A stretch of DNA of 64,000 bases from Trichinella spiralis (lineage: Eukaryota), in assembly GCF_000181795.1 (NCBI RefSeq), contig NW_003526943.1:622487-686486 (forward strand), written 5' to 3'. The notes below the pieces were generated by a model. It was not told where the DNA came from, did no database searches, and saw only the letters and a list, made by a program, of their open reading frames with translations. Position numbers and translations under genes: made by a program. Position 1 is the stretch's first letter, and the number at the start of each line of letters is the position of its first letter. Positions 1 to 12,631 of the stretch are shown piece after piece.

Positions 1-217
1 AGCTCAGTGGAATTAAGTTACAAGTCTTTTAAGCATTATCAGGCGGCAAAAATACACAACAGTAAAAGTGTTTCTAAAGTAAAATCAGTGTGAAGTAAGT
101 GAACGGCAGCAGCATTCAGCACTTTTCAACAATCTTTGTCGAATTATAATATTGCTTATTGATATAATCGTTCAAAAATTTCAAAAGTTGGTCGATTTGC
201 TTTGACTTTATACAACA

Positions 218-2716
218 ATGCAAAATTACTGTTTTAAGTGTGTTGTTTTTATACAATTATTTGCACTTTTTATTGGTATAAGTACAGCACAAACTGATAT
301 GTCTGATCCAGCAAGCAATACTTTCAACATATCTACTTCACCTGGTTGGCGAGCGGTCGCTCGACTGCTTCGTCAATCTATCGACTTCACCGCCGATCCA
401 TGTAAAGATTTTTTCAAGTAAGTTTAATTATCAGTTTTTTAGTTCTGTTTTTTTTTAATTTAAAAATAATAGATTTGCATGTGGAACTTGGAATAAGTTG
501 AATCCAATTCCTGACAGCAAAGATCGACATGATGCATTTACAATTGTGCGTGACAGAGTAAAAGAGTCTATTAAAACTATATTCGAATCTGAAGAAGTGA
601 AAAATCATTCTTCAAAAGCGCTTCGACTTGCAAAAACAGTTTACGATTCATGCATTGAAAACCAAACAACTAAAGTGAACGAAACGCATCCTTTGTGGCA
701 GATGATAATGGATTTGGGCGGTTGGCCGCTTTTTGAATTTTTAAACTGGAATGAATCTGAATTTAACATGGAGTTGGTCATTGGGAAGCTTTGGCGCAAA
801 AATTCTCTTCCAAGCTTGATCTCACCATACGTATCTGCTGACAAAATGAATGCCAGTGCTTACATTCTCTACTTAGACCAAGCTTATTTGGCTTTTGGAT
901 TGAAGTCTGAAGATTATTATTTAGGCGACAGATCTGATTATGTTGAAGTGCGCGATGCATACCGTAAATTGATACAAAATTCAGTTTTACTTTTTTTGAA
1001 CGACACAAATCGAGAACCAAAATTGAATGAATTTATGAAACAGCAGATCAATGATATTTTGAATTTTGAAATTACACTTGCTGAATTGAACACACCAGTA
1101 TCTCTGCGCAGAGATGAGACTGCATTGTATCATAAATTTCGTTTTGGTCAACTTTATGAATTGACCAATTCATTTGACTGGCTCATGTTTGTCAAAGGTC
1201 TTGATTTGGTGGAATATTTGACTTTAAATACTTCCGTAATTGTTACTGACCCAACGTACATTATTCGTTTGACCAAAACGTTGAGCATAACTCCAAAAAG
1301 AACAATTGCAAATTATTTAATTTGGCGACTTGTATTCGATCAGATGATTTTCTTGGACCAAAGGTACAGAGATCACCTGTACGCATTTGTGAACATGATG
1401 AAAGGTGCTTTGGAACCAACAAGAAGTGATTTTTGCATTGCCTACATGACAGGAGAGCCAGATGATCACCGGCAATTTTTAGGTAAATATAAATTTTCGA
1501 TATTTAGCATATCAACTGATATTCAATGTACAAATAAGATATTTCAGGATATGCTGTGGGTCGTGTATTTGTGGAAAATTATTTTCCTGAAGAATCAAAA
1601 ATTCAATTATCAGAAATGATAAACAATATTATAAATGCATTTGATAGTCTAATTGACAAGATGCAGTGGATGGATGATACAACAAAGCAGTCTGCTAAAG
1701 CGAAAGCAAAAGGCATTCATGCCAGCGTTGGTTATCCTGATTTTATTTTAAATGATAAACAGCTGGATGCATTTTACAGCGGTTTGATACTTAATGAACA
1801 TGATTTGCATGAAGAGAACGCATCTACAAATAAAATTTTAAAAAGTGATTCTTTTTACGTTATTCACAACAAATTGATTCGTTGGATAATGGAAAAGCAG
1901 ATTGCAAAATTGTCCAAAAGATTTGAAAGGAAAAGTTTCGGCGGATCTCCTGCTACAGTGAACGCTTGGTATTCGAGTTTGAAAAATTCCATTGTTTTTC
2001 CTGCTGGAATTGTACAACCACCGTTTTTTGATCCTTCTTTCCCAAAAGCTGTCAACTATGGTGCAATGGGATCAGTGATTGGTCATGAAATTATTCACGC
2101 CTTTGATGATCAAGGAGCTCAGTATGATCGACATGGGAATCTCATAGTGAGCAAATTATATATTTTATTTTTGTTTATTGAAAATGTTATTTCAAATGTT
2201 TATTTAAATTTAAATTCTATTCGCAAACAGATGCTGCATGTGTAGGTTTTACAAGTGAGTAAATTTCAGAATTGGTGGTCTACAGAGTCGAAAGAAAAAT
2301 TTAAAGAAAAAACCAAATGTATCGTCAATCAGTATAGCAAATTTTGTTATACATATCACGGAAATAAAATGTGCCTGAAAGGTGAACATACTCAAGGCGA
2401 AAATATTGCCGACAACGGTGGCTTAAAAGAAGCATTTGCTGGTTATAAAAAATATGTTGAAGAACATGGCCAAGAGCCACGTTTGCCAAGCTTAGAGCAG
2501 TATTCAATGGAACAAGTGTTTTTCATGAGCTTTGCTAGTTTTTGGTGCGGACAATACAAAGAAAAGCATCTGGTGAATTTGTTAGCCGTCAGTGAACATT
2601 CGCCTGGTGAATTTCGTGTAATTGGATCTTTGCAAAATTCTGAAGATTTCAATCGAGCATTCAACTGCTCAGTTGGTGAACCGATGAATCCAAAACACAA
2701 ATGCATCGTTTGGTAA
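218..2716 (+). CDS. Neprilysin-family (M13) zinc metalloendopeptidase, probably secreted; exons 218-417, 473-1482, 1548-2146, 2270-2716
   Basis: GT-AG joins give a continuous frame: DPCKDFFK|FACGTW, VNAWY, GHEIIHAFDDQG (HExxH), GENIADNGG, EHSPGEFRV and C-terminal CIVW. The N-terminus is a short hydrophobic signal-like segment (VVFIQLFALFIGISTA). Confidence 0.95.
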
Positions 2717-3674
2717 TTTTCTACTTGTTTCTACATTGTTCACACATAAAGTGCTTTATTTTTCATATTAACGTGCCAGTAACATGAAAAAGAATTGAAA
2801 TGATGGTGTATCAGCTTTAGAATTTCTTTTTTAATTTTCCTACAAATGTGAAAAATTTGATTCTTTTCATAGCAATATGAATTCTTCAATCATTGCTGAA
2901 TATTAAAAATGTTTTTACATTCCAAACAAAAATTACTGCTTTTGCTATTGCTGTTATATGATTGGCAGTTTTGAAATTGAAATTCAAGTACATAATTATG
3001 ACATTGATCTACAGTACGATGAATGGGTAAGATTTTCAATTTTCAGGCAGTATTTTGCAAATTCTGTAATTCATTTTAACAAAATATGAAAATTTGACAT
3101 TTAACAAATTAATGAACAGGAAATGACGCAGAAATTAATCATTTTGCATTGAGCAATTGTGTATGGCGCTTTGTGTTTCTAATCAAACGTTGTTGCTTAA
3201 TAATATGTGACATAATGATGCTCCTTTGAAACTGATCTTCATGTACAAAACAAGTTAATTATTTAATTAAACGCACATTGCTTAAAGTAATTCCATGCAA
3301 AACTTGATTTTTTTCTAGTACTTTTATTTTTGCTTCTAATTTTGTCACTGGTGTTATTTTTAACATCAGCATTAAAAAATACGAATTAGAATAAATTATT
3401 GCAAATGATTGGTTGAATTCAGTTTGATTCAAAATTTTATTAAATTAATTATATTGTAAAAAAGTAATTCAAAAATTAAAAAAAACATCAACAAATTAAT
3501 ATATCAATAATATCTGTTAAGTAGTGGGATTGATTAGTGATGCTTGTTGTTTATGCAGAAATGATTAGCCGTGTGTATGGTGTGATTATTTCTTCCAATT
3601 AAAAGAATCCTTAGCAAACCGGTAAAACTGGAACTTTGAGCAGCGAGGTCATTGGCGTTTGACCATGATGCGTA

Positions 3675-5939
3675 ATGGGAGTCGACATCAAGCGTGCAGA
3701 ATCTGTCGCTTTGCAAAATTGCTACTTTCCAATGAATGTCTTTACTGTTGTTCGACAACCTTTTCATATTTGCATTTTGTTGAGCATCTTATGGAAATGT
3801 TATTCAACAAACAATTTAATACCTGAGGATGCTTTGAAAGCTGAAGATTTATTGTATCCATCTGCAAAATCTTTGCCAGTCGATGTCAACTTTGTTTTAC
3901 AGCTTGCAGAACAGATGACATCAATCAATGGTTCAGTTTGTGCTGAGCTTTATGATCAATCATTGAAGCATCTTTTCGGCCATGACGTGGAAAAAGCTAG
4001 CTTATTTAAAGCGTTCTTTTCCTCTTTCGTAGTGACATCCACTTTGGATAATGTAACATTGGAACATTGGAAAATGATGGAACGAGATTTTCAATGCAAA
4101 ATGATTAAATTGAAATATGACAATCACACTACCCCCACTCAGTATTGCACTTACAGTATTACATCGAATGAAGAAAATTCACTTGAAGATGGCATAATGT
4201 ACGGCTTTTGTCTTCCTTCTGAATGCACCAATGCTGATATAATTGAAATAGTCAAAGGTTTGGAATCATACCGATCGTTGAATGGTTCGGTTGAAAATCG
4301 TGATTTAATTTGCGTTCCTGGCTATCAACCAATTCAATGGTGGAAATTCTGGTCTGTACATGCCGCTCTGGCTTGCATTGGAGTACTCACAATTGCAGTA
4401 ATATTTGGAACAATTGCCGACGTCGGCAAATGCACAACACAAAAGCAATTTTTGAGGCATTTTTCAATTTTGCAAAATTTTCGTCGTCTCTGGTATTTGT
4501 CGAATAATCAAGCCAATTCAATTACCTGCATCCATGGAATCAAAGTGATTACAATGTCGATGATTATGCTGACCCATTTGATTTGCTTTTTGCAATCGAT
4601 GATCAACAACATCGACGAGCTGAGAAAAGATTATAAAGCATCATTTTTTGCCCAATTTTTATACAATGGAACTTACAGGGTAGCAACATTTTTTGTAATC
4701 AGCGGAGCATTATTCTCATATTCCCTGCTTAGCCGTGCTAAAAAACGACGCCGCAGTGATTGCAGCACATTCCAAGATGGGACGATCGCTTTCAGCAGCC
4801 GTCGTCAATCGATGAATATCACTTTCTGCTTGTTGTCCATTTTGAACAGATATTTGCGTTTATTGCCAGTATATTTTTTTACAATTATTTTGGTTGTTGG
4901 CTTTTTACCGCATTTCAGTGATTTTCCATCATGGTATGTTGTTGACCCATTACGTCAATGTCAAGGCGAATGGTGGAAAAACTTGCTTTACATTAATAAT
5001 CTTCAACACAAACAGCTGTGCATGACATGGACGTGGTATTTGGCTTCTGATTTTCAACTTTTTCTTTTTCATTTTCCTCTTGTTTTGCTTCTGATCAGCT
5101 GGCCAAAATTAGCCAACATTGTCATGGTTGTTTTTCTGATTGCTTCCTGCTTAATCAAAGCGATACTAGTTAACACGTACGATTATCCGCCCAGCTTAAT
5201 GCTCATGATACCTATTCCAGGCTACAATCCTGATTTTGCCAGCTACACGTTTGATATCTATATGCGACCTTATGGATGGTGGGGTTCGTATCTTGTCGGC
5301 CTTTATTTTGGATACATATTGTCCGAATGGAAAAGAATATGCACACGCAAGTTGTATTACAATTTGGCCATAATAGCTGGCGTTTTGTTGAATTTCAGTT
5401 GTATCTGTGGTATATACTGGAATGTTAATGGATTGAAAAGTCAAGTTTATGATATGCTGTACGCCGGTGTAAGTCCTGTAATCTGGGGTCTCGGTTGGGT
5501 GCTGATCATTGGAGCTTGTCATTCGAAGCAAGACAATTGGTTGAATCGTATTCTCAGTCATCCATTTTGGGTTCCACTATCAAATCTTACTTATTCTTGC
5601 TATTTGATTCATTGTATAGTAATATTTGCTGTAATTGAACCGTACGCAAGAATGAACAACAATTTGCCATTTTTGCCTACGTATTCTCACTTGGAGACTT
5701 GTTCGTTGTATTTGTTATCATTTGCATCGTCATATTTTTGTGCAGCTATTTTATTTCTTCTTGTGGAAGCTCCAGCCGACAGTATTAGAACTCAACTGTT
5801 CAGGCGATTGATTGGCGGCAATAGCAGATCAGAGCAGTTCAATGACAAAAATGCTACCTCTGCTGAGACGGTACCTTTGCCCGATGGTGTCTTGCATGTT
5901 AAACCAGAAAACGTTGCTCTCCAAACAGATCAAAGTTAA
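3675..5939 (+). CDS. NRF-6-like membrane protein (NRF domain + acyltransferase_3 domain), intronless; true start may be the Met at 3732
   Basis: 754-aa ORF with YGFCLPSEC (NRF domain), IHGIKVI..LTH, FFVISG, RYLRLLP, WTWYLASDFQLF, PLSNLTYSCYLIH and many hydrophobic helices. Confidence 0.88.
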   Translation: MGVDIKRAESVALQNCYFPMNVFTVVRQPFHICILLSILWKCYSTNNLIPEDALKAEDLLYPSAKSLPVDVNFVLQLAEQMTSINGSVCAELYDQSLKHLFGHDVEKASLFKAFFSSFVVTSTLDNVTLEHWKMMERDFQCKMIKLKYDNHTTPTQYCTYSITSNEENSLEDGIMYGFCLPSECTNADIIEIVKGLESYRSLNGSVENRDLICVPGYQPIQWWKFWSVHAALACIGVLTIAVIFGTIADVGKCTTQKQFLRHFSILQNFRRLWYLSNNQANSITCIHGIKVITMSMIMLTHLICFLQSMINNIDELRKDYKASFFAQFLYNGTYRVATFFVISGALFSYSLLSRAKKRRRSDCSTFQDGTIAFSSRRQSMNITFCLLSILNRYLRLLPVYFFTIILVVGFLPHFSDFPSWYVVDPLRQCQGEWWKNLLYINNLQHKQLCMTWTWYLASDFQLFLFHFPLVLLLISWPKLANIVMVVFLIASCLIKAILVNTYDYPPSLMLMIPIPGYNPDFASYTFDIYMRPYGWWGSYLVGLYFGYILSEWKRICTRKLYYNLAIIAGVLLNFSCICGIYWNVNGLKSQVYDMLYAGVSPVIWGLGWVLIIGACHSKQDNWLNRILSHPFWVPLSNLTYSCYLIHCIVIFAVIEPYARMNNNLPFLPTYSHLETCSLYLLSFASSYFCAAILFLLVEAPADSIRTQLFRRLIGGNSRSEQFNDKNATSAETVPLPDGVLHVKPENVALQTDQS

Positions 5940-6523
5940 GCTATACATTTTAATGTCATGTACACTTCTGTTGAATATATGCTTTACCTTTTAATTAAAA
6001 ACAAAGTTATACAAAGCAAGTTATACAATGAAGTTGCATTATTTATGCCAAAAATTGACTGTTTAATTGAAAAAAAAGAATCTCTATCAGTGATCAAATT
6101 GTAATGCACGCATATTAAATAAGAAAACATTCTTTTATTCTGAAATCAACCGCATTGCAGAAAAGTTTATATAATTATATAGTAAAACTTGACTTACGAA
6201 CAAAAGTTTATTCATTTTTGCTAATTTTTCAAATTTAATTTCATTTTCTAAACTAAGCTGAAACGAATTAATATTTTAAACATGGAATCAATCTTATTCA
6301 TATCGAATAAGTGGTATGTAATGAACTGAATGAAATAACACTTTTTGAAAATTGTATATTTTTTAATTTGAATTGGTGGTACACATGACTGGTGTAAAAA
6401 CTTCATAACTTGAAAAACTTAATAAAATGTAGAAAAAAGGAATTCATAACTCAAATTTAAAAAGCATTTTTTTGAAAATAAGCAAAATAAAAAATTAAAT
6501 TAAATTATAACAGGAGTCGTTTT

Positions 6524-9500
6524 TCACCACACGGAACATCTTTTTGGCGGATTCATTTTGGAATTCAGTGGACAGTTGAAAGCCTTTGCAAACTGATCAA
6601 AATTCATCAAAGAACCAATAACCCTGTCTCGTCCTGGCGCATGTTCGTTGGTAGCGATTTGATTTTTCAAATAGCTATCTCTGCTTTTACCACACCAAAA
6701 GTTGGCAAAGCTCAGAAAAAATACCTGATCACCGCTGAGATATTCCAAAGCTGGCAGAGCTTCTTCTTCGATATTTTTTTCTTCAAGATACATCTTGTAA
6801 GCGTTGAACGCTTCTTTAATGCCACCGTTGTCGGCAATATTTTCTCCTTTTGTGTTCACACCTTTCACACAAACATTTTCTCCAAGATTTGGATAGCAAA
6901 ATGAACTGTACTGATCGACAATACACTGTGCTCTTTCATTAAACGCTTCTCTAGATGCATTTGACCACCAATTCTAAAAAATTAACAAAACTCTCAACTT
7001 TATCAACGTTAAACTATTTTCATTTAAGCCCATTATTAAATTTATAATCAAAAACTTTCCAGAAAATAAATTTTTGAAACAAAACAAATGTCTTTACTTT
7101 CAAATTTCCATATGAATCATATTGAGCACCTTGATCATCAAAACCATGAGTAATTTCATGTCCAATTGTTGCTCCGATGCTTCCAAAGTTGACAGCTGGA
7201 ATTGTATTTGCAGAATAAAATGGAGGTTGTAAAATGCCTGCAGGAAAAACGATAGAATTTTTAGTCGGTGAATACCATGCATTTACCACTGCTGGTGAAC
7301 CTCCAAAACTATTTCGATCAAATGGTTGAGACAGTTTTGCTATATTTTGATGAATTAGCCACGATGATATTTTATTGTGCATAGTTATGAATAAATCTTC
7401 TTTTGTAATCGCAGATTTTTCATCCAAAGATTTGTCATTTAACAAATCATGATAGTATTGATCGAGTTGATCAATAATAAAATCAGGATATGCAACGCTT
7501 GATATCATATTATCAGCTTTCACTTTTGCAAACTCTTTGGTCTGATCATCCATCCACTGATTTTCATCTAACATTTTTTTAAAAGATTTACGTAAAAATT
7601 CAACAAAAACATTTAATTCTTTCTTTATTTCTTCTGTAAAACCTTCTTTCTCTACAAACAGTTTTCCCAAAGCGTACCCTGTAAAATTATTTCATCTGTA
7701 ATATTGCAAGAGAAATTATTTGAATAAATAAATAAATAATTTTTTATATACAAATAAGCATAACATAGCAGCTTACCCAGCATAACGTTTCCATCATCAG
7801 GTTCTCCCATTATGTAATTGATACAAAATGAATGACGAGAGTCTCTTTTCTGACCTCTGTATATTTGTAAAAAGTTGTAAAATAGATCACTGTATCGTCT
7901 TTCCAAAAAATGCAAACGACTTAAAATAAATCGCCACGATAAATAGTTGACAACTCTTTCCTTGGGGGTGTTAGCTAATAATTTGTCAAATCGTTTTAAA
8001 TAGTCCAAACTGATGACGTTCACTTCTTCCACTCCTTGAAATGCTGACAAAAAAATTGTCCAGTTGAAATTTTCCGTAATTCTATTCAACGTTTCAACAT
8101 TTACTTTGTGATACATGCTATCAGGATCTCGTCTCTCTTCTGAAGGCGTGTTGATTGAAGCTAACTGTATTTCAAAATCAAGAATACTTTGCGCATAATC
8201 TTCAATGTTTCTCATTTCGCTATCAACGTTTTCACCGAAAAACATTCCAGTAACATTTTTAATTAGCTCCAAATAGGCATTTCGGATCCGCACGCTATTT
8301 GTATCATTTTTTAAATAATAATCTTCTGATTGATAACCCAACGCTAGCCAAGATTGATCTATTGACAGTAAATTCACAGATGTGTTTTTCTCATCTGCAG
8401 ATATGTAAGGAATAACCAAAGTGGACAAACCATATTTCAGCAGCATGTTAATCAATAACTGCTCAACTGATTCCTTTTTGACATTTTTGAACAATTCGTT
8501 GTGAAAATCAATTAATGGCTTTACACCTGCATTTTCAATACCTTGTTCATCTAAACACGTATCGTAAACAGTCTTTATCAACTCAATGCTTTTTGAAGTA
8601 TTGGATGTTGGAACAAATTCATCGAGATGTTTGCGCAATTTGGAAACATTTTCATCATTAAGCACTGTAAAAGCAGAAATTCGAGCATGAGCATCTGGAA
8701 TTTTGGTCAATTTAATCCACGACCCGCATGCATATCTGAAAAGAATTTGAAAGAAAAAATTCATAATTTGTTCGCACTATATGCCATCATAATGAAAAAT
8801 AAATAACTAAAAGTTAAACTTTAAACAAGCAAAACAAGCATATTCTAGAAAATAGTTGAAATTTTGTTTGCAATTTTTCCACATCACAGCATTTCAGTAC
8901 TGCAGTAAAACGCACAACTTGCGCAGTAATACAAATATTTGACAACGCAGAATTATCTGTGAAGACATGAAAAAAAAGTAAAAACAGTATTTGCAAAATA
9001 TTTGTCAAGTAACTCGTGGATGCTCTTATAAGATTAATTTTCGCTGATAAAAAACGACGAATTAAAATTTTTGATCTTTTGATAAGTTCTTGTGAAAAAA
9101 ATGAAAATTCAACTTGATGGACAAACCGGTGAAGATGAATTCACATTTTTGCCATGCAGCTTATGTCAGTGTAAAGCTAAGTAACTGATAAGTGTAGACG
9201 CAAAAAAATGAACAGTTCACTCATAAAACATTTCTTACTCATATTTGCTACTTATTGCAATTACATATCTAATTATTTTTATTTTGAAGTAATACTGCAT
9301 TACAGTTTATATTTTGGACTTTTACAGTTCTTTTAATAATAATTAGTAGAAATTATTTTTTAAAATAATTTCATATTCGAAATTTGTTTTTAATTTTCAA
9401 ACGTTGATAGATAATTTCAAATGATTGCTCATATTGATAAATAAAATTTAAATGAAATATTAATATTGATCATGTTCAGCGGAATGCTTATATAATTTAT

Positions 9501-10103
9501 CTTCATTTTCATTGATATCCGTTAAAAAGCTTACTTATAATAATTGTAATTTCTAATTAATGAAACATTTGAATGAAATGTTAATGAATTATTAACTCAG
9601 CAATTCTTTATACTGGATAGAAATGTAACATAGATGCATCAATTTTAACACAAGCAGTCTTCGTGAAATCAAGTGGATACAGAATAAGATGACATTAAAT
9701 TTGTGCTGATTACTGAATGTAGAGTTGATTTATGAGGAATAATTTGAAAATTGAAAACAATAATTTTCAAATGTAAACTGATAACTTACTCGTAAAAGTC
9801 ATCACATGGATCAGTTCGAGGATTCATCGAAAGGAGAAGATTTTTAGCAGAATTTTGGCAATCTGAGGTCATGCAAATTTTTCTTTGTGGAACTGGCTCA
9901 GGTTCAGTGGTTGTAGTTGGAGCTTGTGTTGTAGGTGATGGACTTTCGTGATATTGCTGAAGAACCACAATCAATGCAATAATCAATGCCACCGTTGCTA
10001 GACCAAGAATTGCAGTAAACATGTACAAGATGTTCACTTTCCGTTGGTTTGTCATTGTAAATTTTTCTGATCCAAACGATTCCAGTGTCTTCAAGTCCAC
10101 CAT
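6524..10103 (-). CDS. Neprilysin-family (M13) metalloendopeptidase, type II membrane-anchored; exons 10103-9790, 8735-7777, 7678-7098, 6973-6524
   Basis: Short cytoplasmic N-terminus, TM helix (ILYMFTAILGLATVALIIALIVVL) and Thr/Pro stalk, then DPCDDFYE|YACG, VNAWY, GHEITHGFDDQG, GENIADNGG, EHAPGRDRV and CSVW. Confidence 0.95.
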
Positions 10104-12631
10104 GAACTAACGTTGAAATAACTCTACAAAAGGAAAATTTGAAAAACACCATTGTTAAGATAAAAAAAATAATAACATATCACATCTACATCTACATATA
10201 TATATATGTATGTATGTATGTGTGTATGATAAGTGAAAATTATTCTAAAACGTGCTTTGCATTCTAAACTGTAAAATGTAATAAAATGACTTTCCATCAC
10301 ATTTTATCAGAAAAGTAAACAGAAATTATCGTTGTCACTGATATTTTAGCGTTGTTTGTTTTATTTAATCTGAATTACATTCATCACCAATGCAGTCAGT
10401 CTCTTCCAATTTCCGTTCCCATTAAAAATGAATACATCGACAGACACACACACAAACACACACAAGCATACATGCGGACATATAATCTATCTACATATCT
10501 AGATATTAAAAAAAGAAAAAATAGTTACAAATGGCATGAACTTTTAATAATAAATAAAAGGTGCATTTTATTGTCACATATTGTCGTCGAACATTAATAT
10601 TAAACATGGCAGAAATAACGCTAAACACAAACAAAATTTTTATAAAAATAATCAATAAGTTTCAACCAGCAGTTTTACGATATTGACTACTGATTTGAAA
10701 ACTAGTGAAGCATTGCAGTTTTTAAGTTTTGCTAAAACATGCAAAATTTGTATGTAATTTGAACAAAATGAATAAAATCAACTAATACAATAAAGTACTA
10801 ATTTCAAAAAATAATTTCAATTATCATTTGAAAATTTTTATTTTAAAAATTATGAAATTTATCTACATGTAAATCTACAGTTTCTTTATTTATTATTATT
10901 GTCCTCATTTGAAACACTTGATATCAAAATAAATTATTATTCCTACTTTTGCAGTGTTGAAATAAATCATGCATTAAAAATTATTATTAATTCCTGCTAA
11001 TTATCATTCAATCATGCTTAAAAACGTCATTTGAGATTAAGTATTTATTTCATTAGTCATGTTCATTATTTTTAAAATAAAGTTTAGAATATTAAAAATA
11101 AAAAGGTTCACACACACATATACATATATATAGATATATATATAACAAATATTATTACCTATTTTGCTATCGAGACGGTAAAACAATAGCAAAGCAATTT
11201 ATTGAAACGATTAATGTGAGACAATTTTCAGATATAAAAAAATTTTAATTTCAGACAACTAGTTCTGCAGTAATTTTATCTTTGCATTTTTTGTGATGCT
11301 TTTAATCAACCGTGACATGTCGAACAAAGAATTTATTAAAATTCCTTTCTATGGTAAAAGCATACTTTCCAATATAAAATATAATAAAATAAGAAAGAAA
11401 ATATTATTTCATTGCTTTTACTTCATTTAATAATTACTCATGCAAATAATCTATCAGAATAGTTTTATGATAGTGATGGTTAATTCATAAATTTAACAAA
11501 ATAATGAGTAAAATAATTTTATTATTTATCAAAAATGCTTCCCTTATTGAAAAAAAGATGTTTCCACAAGTAAGTTTTTTATTATTCATAATAATAACAA
11601 TATTCATGGTATTTTCTAAATTTTAAGTTTTTTAATTTTCAGTTTCTGCTGTTTGTAATTTTCAAGTAATTCTGAATTGCATAAAATATGTATTTGCTAA
11701 AGAAACAAAATATAATATCATACTTTTCTACACATCTTACTTGGAATGACTTTAATTATATTAAATGTGGAATTAGGAATCATTGTTATAATTGCTTTTC
11801 ATTTAAGCAGTGTTTCATTTAAGTTGTGTACCTGTTACCATGAAAACCAAATTTTGTATTAATTAATTGATATATGAAGAAGTAAATCAAAACGTAATTT
11901 ATAAAAATGTGCATGTAATTACGACTTCAACCTGATTTTGAAATGCGCTGACAATGTTGAAATCTGACATAGAAACATTTGAAAAACATCATTTTAAATT
12001 TATACTTACTGTAAATATTCTTTTTTTGTTTTACAAATTTGCATGCTTTTTTTTCATTTTACCTTTTCAAAAAATTCCAATCATCATTTCCCACTGCCTC
12101 TGAAAGAATATGTTAATTGTATTAGTAGCTTTTTACAAAATTGCACAATTTTCATTTCTGATGCGCATTTGAAATTCAGGTTTTGAAATTATGTCATATA
12201 CAGCAACAACTTTGTAGTACATAAATTATTATAGAATGAAAAATCATGAACAAACAGGAAAGATGAACAAAACGTTATTTGAAAGGCTGTTTTAAAGGAA
12301 AACAGTCATTAAATACATACCTACACACATACACACACATATATATATATAATTATAATCACATTAATATACACATATATAATTATAATCATTTTTTATA
12401 AATAGTTATCTGCAGAAATTCATGAATACAGGAAATGCGCAAAAGGTTAAACATAAATATTCACATTTTTATTCAGTATCAGCTTCATTTTAATGACTTA
12501 AAATTTAAAATATTTTTATTTGCTTAAGTTATCATAATAAATTTTAAAATCTACACAATTATTGGTTACAGAATAAAAATAATATTTTACAATATTATAA
12601 ATTTTTTCAATTTATGAGTAAATATAATTAG

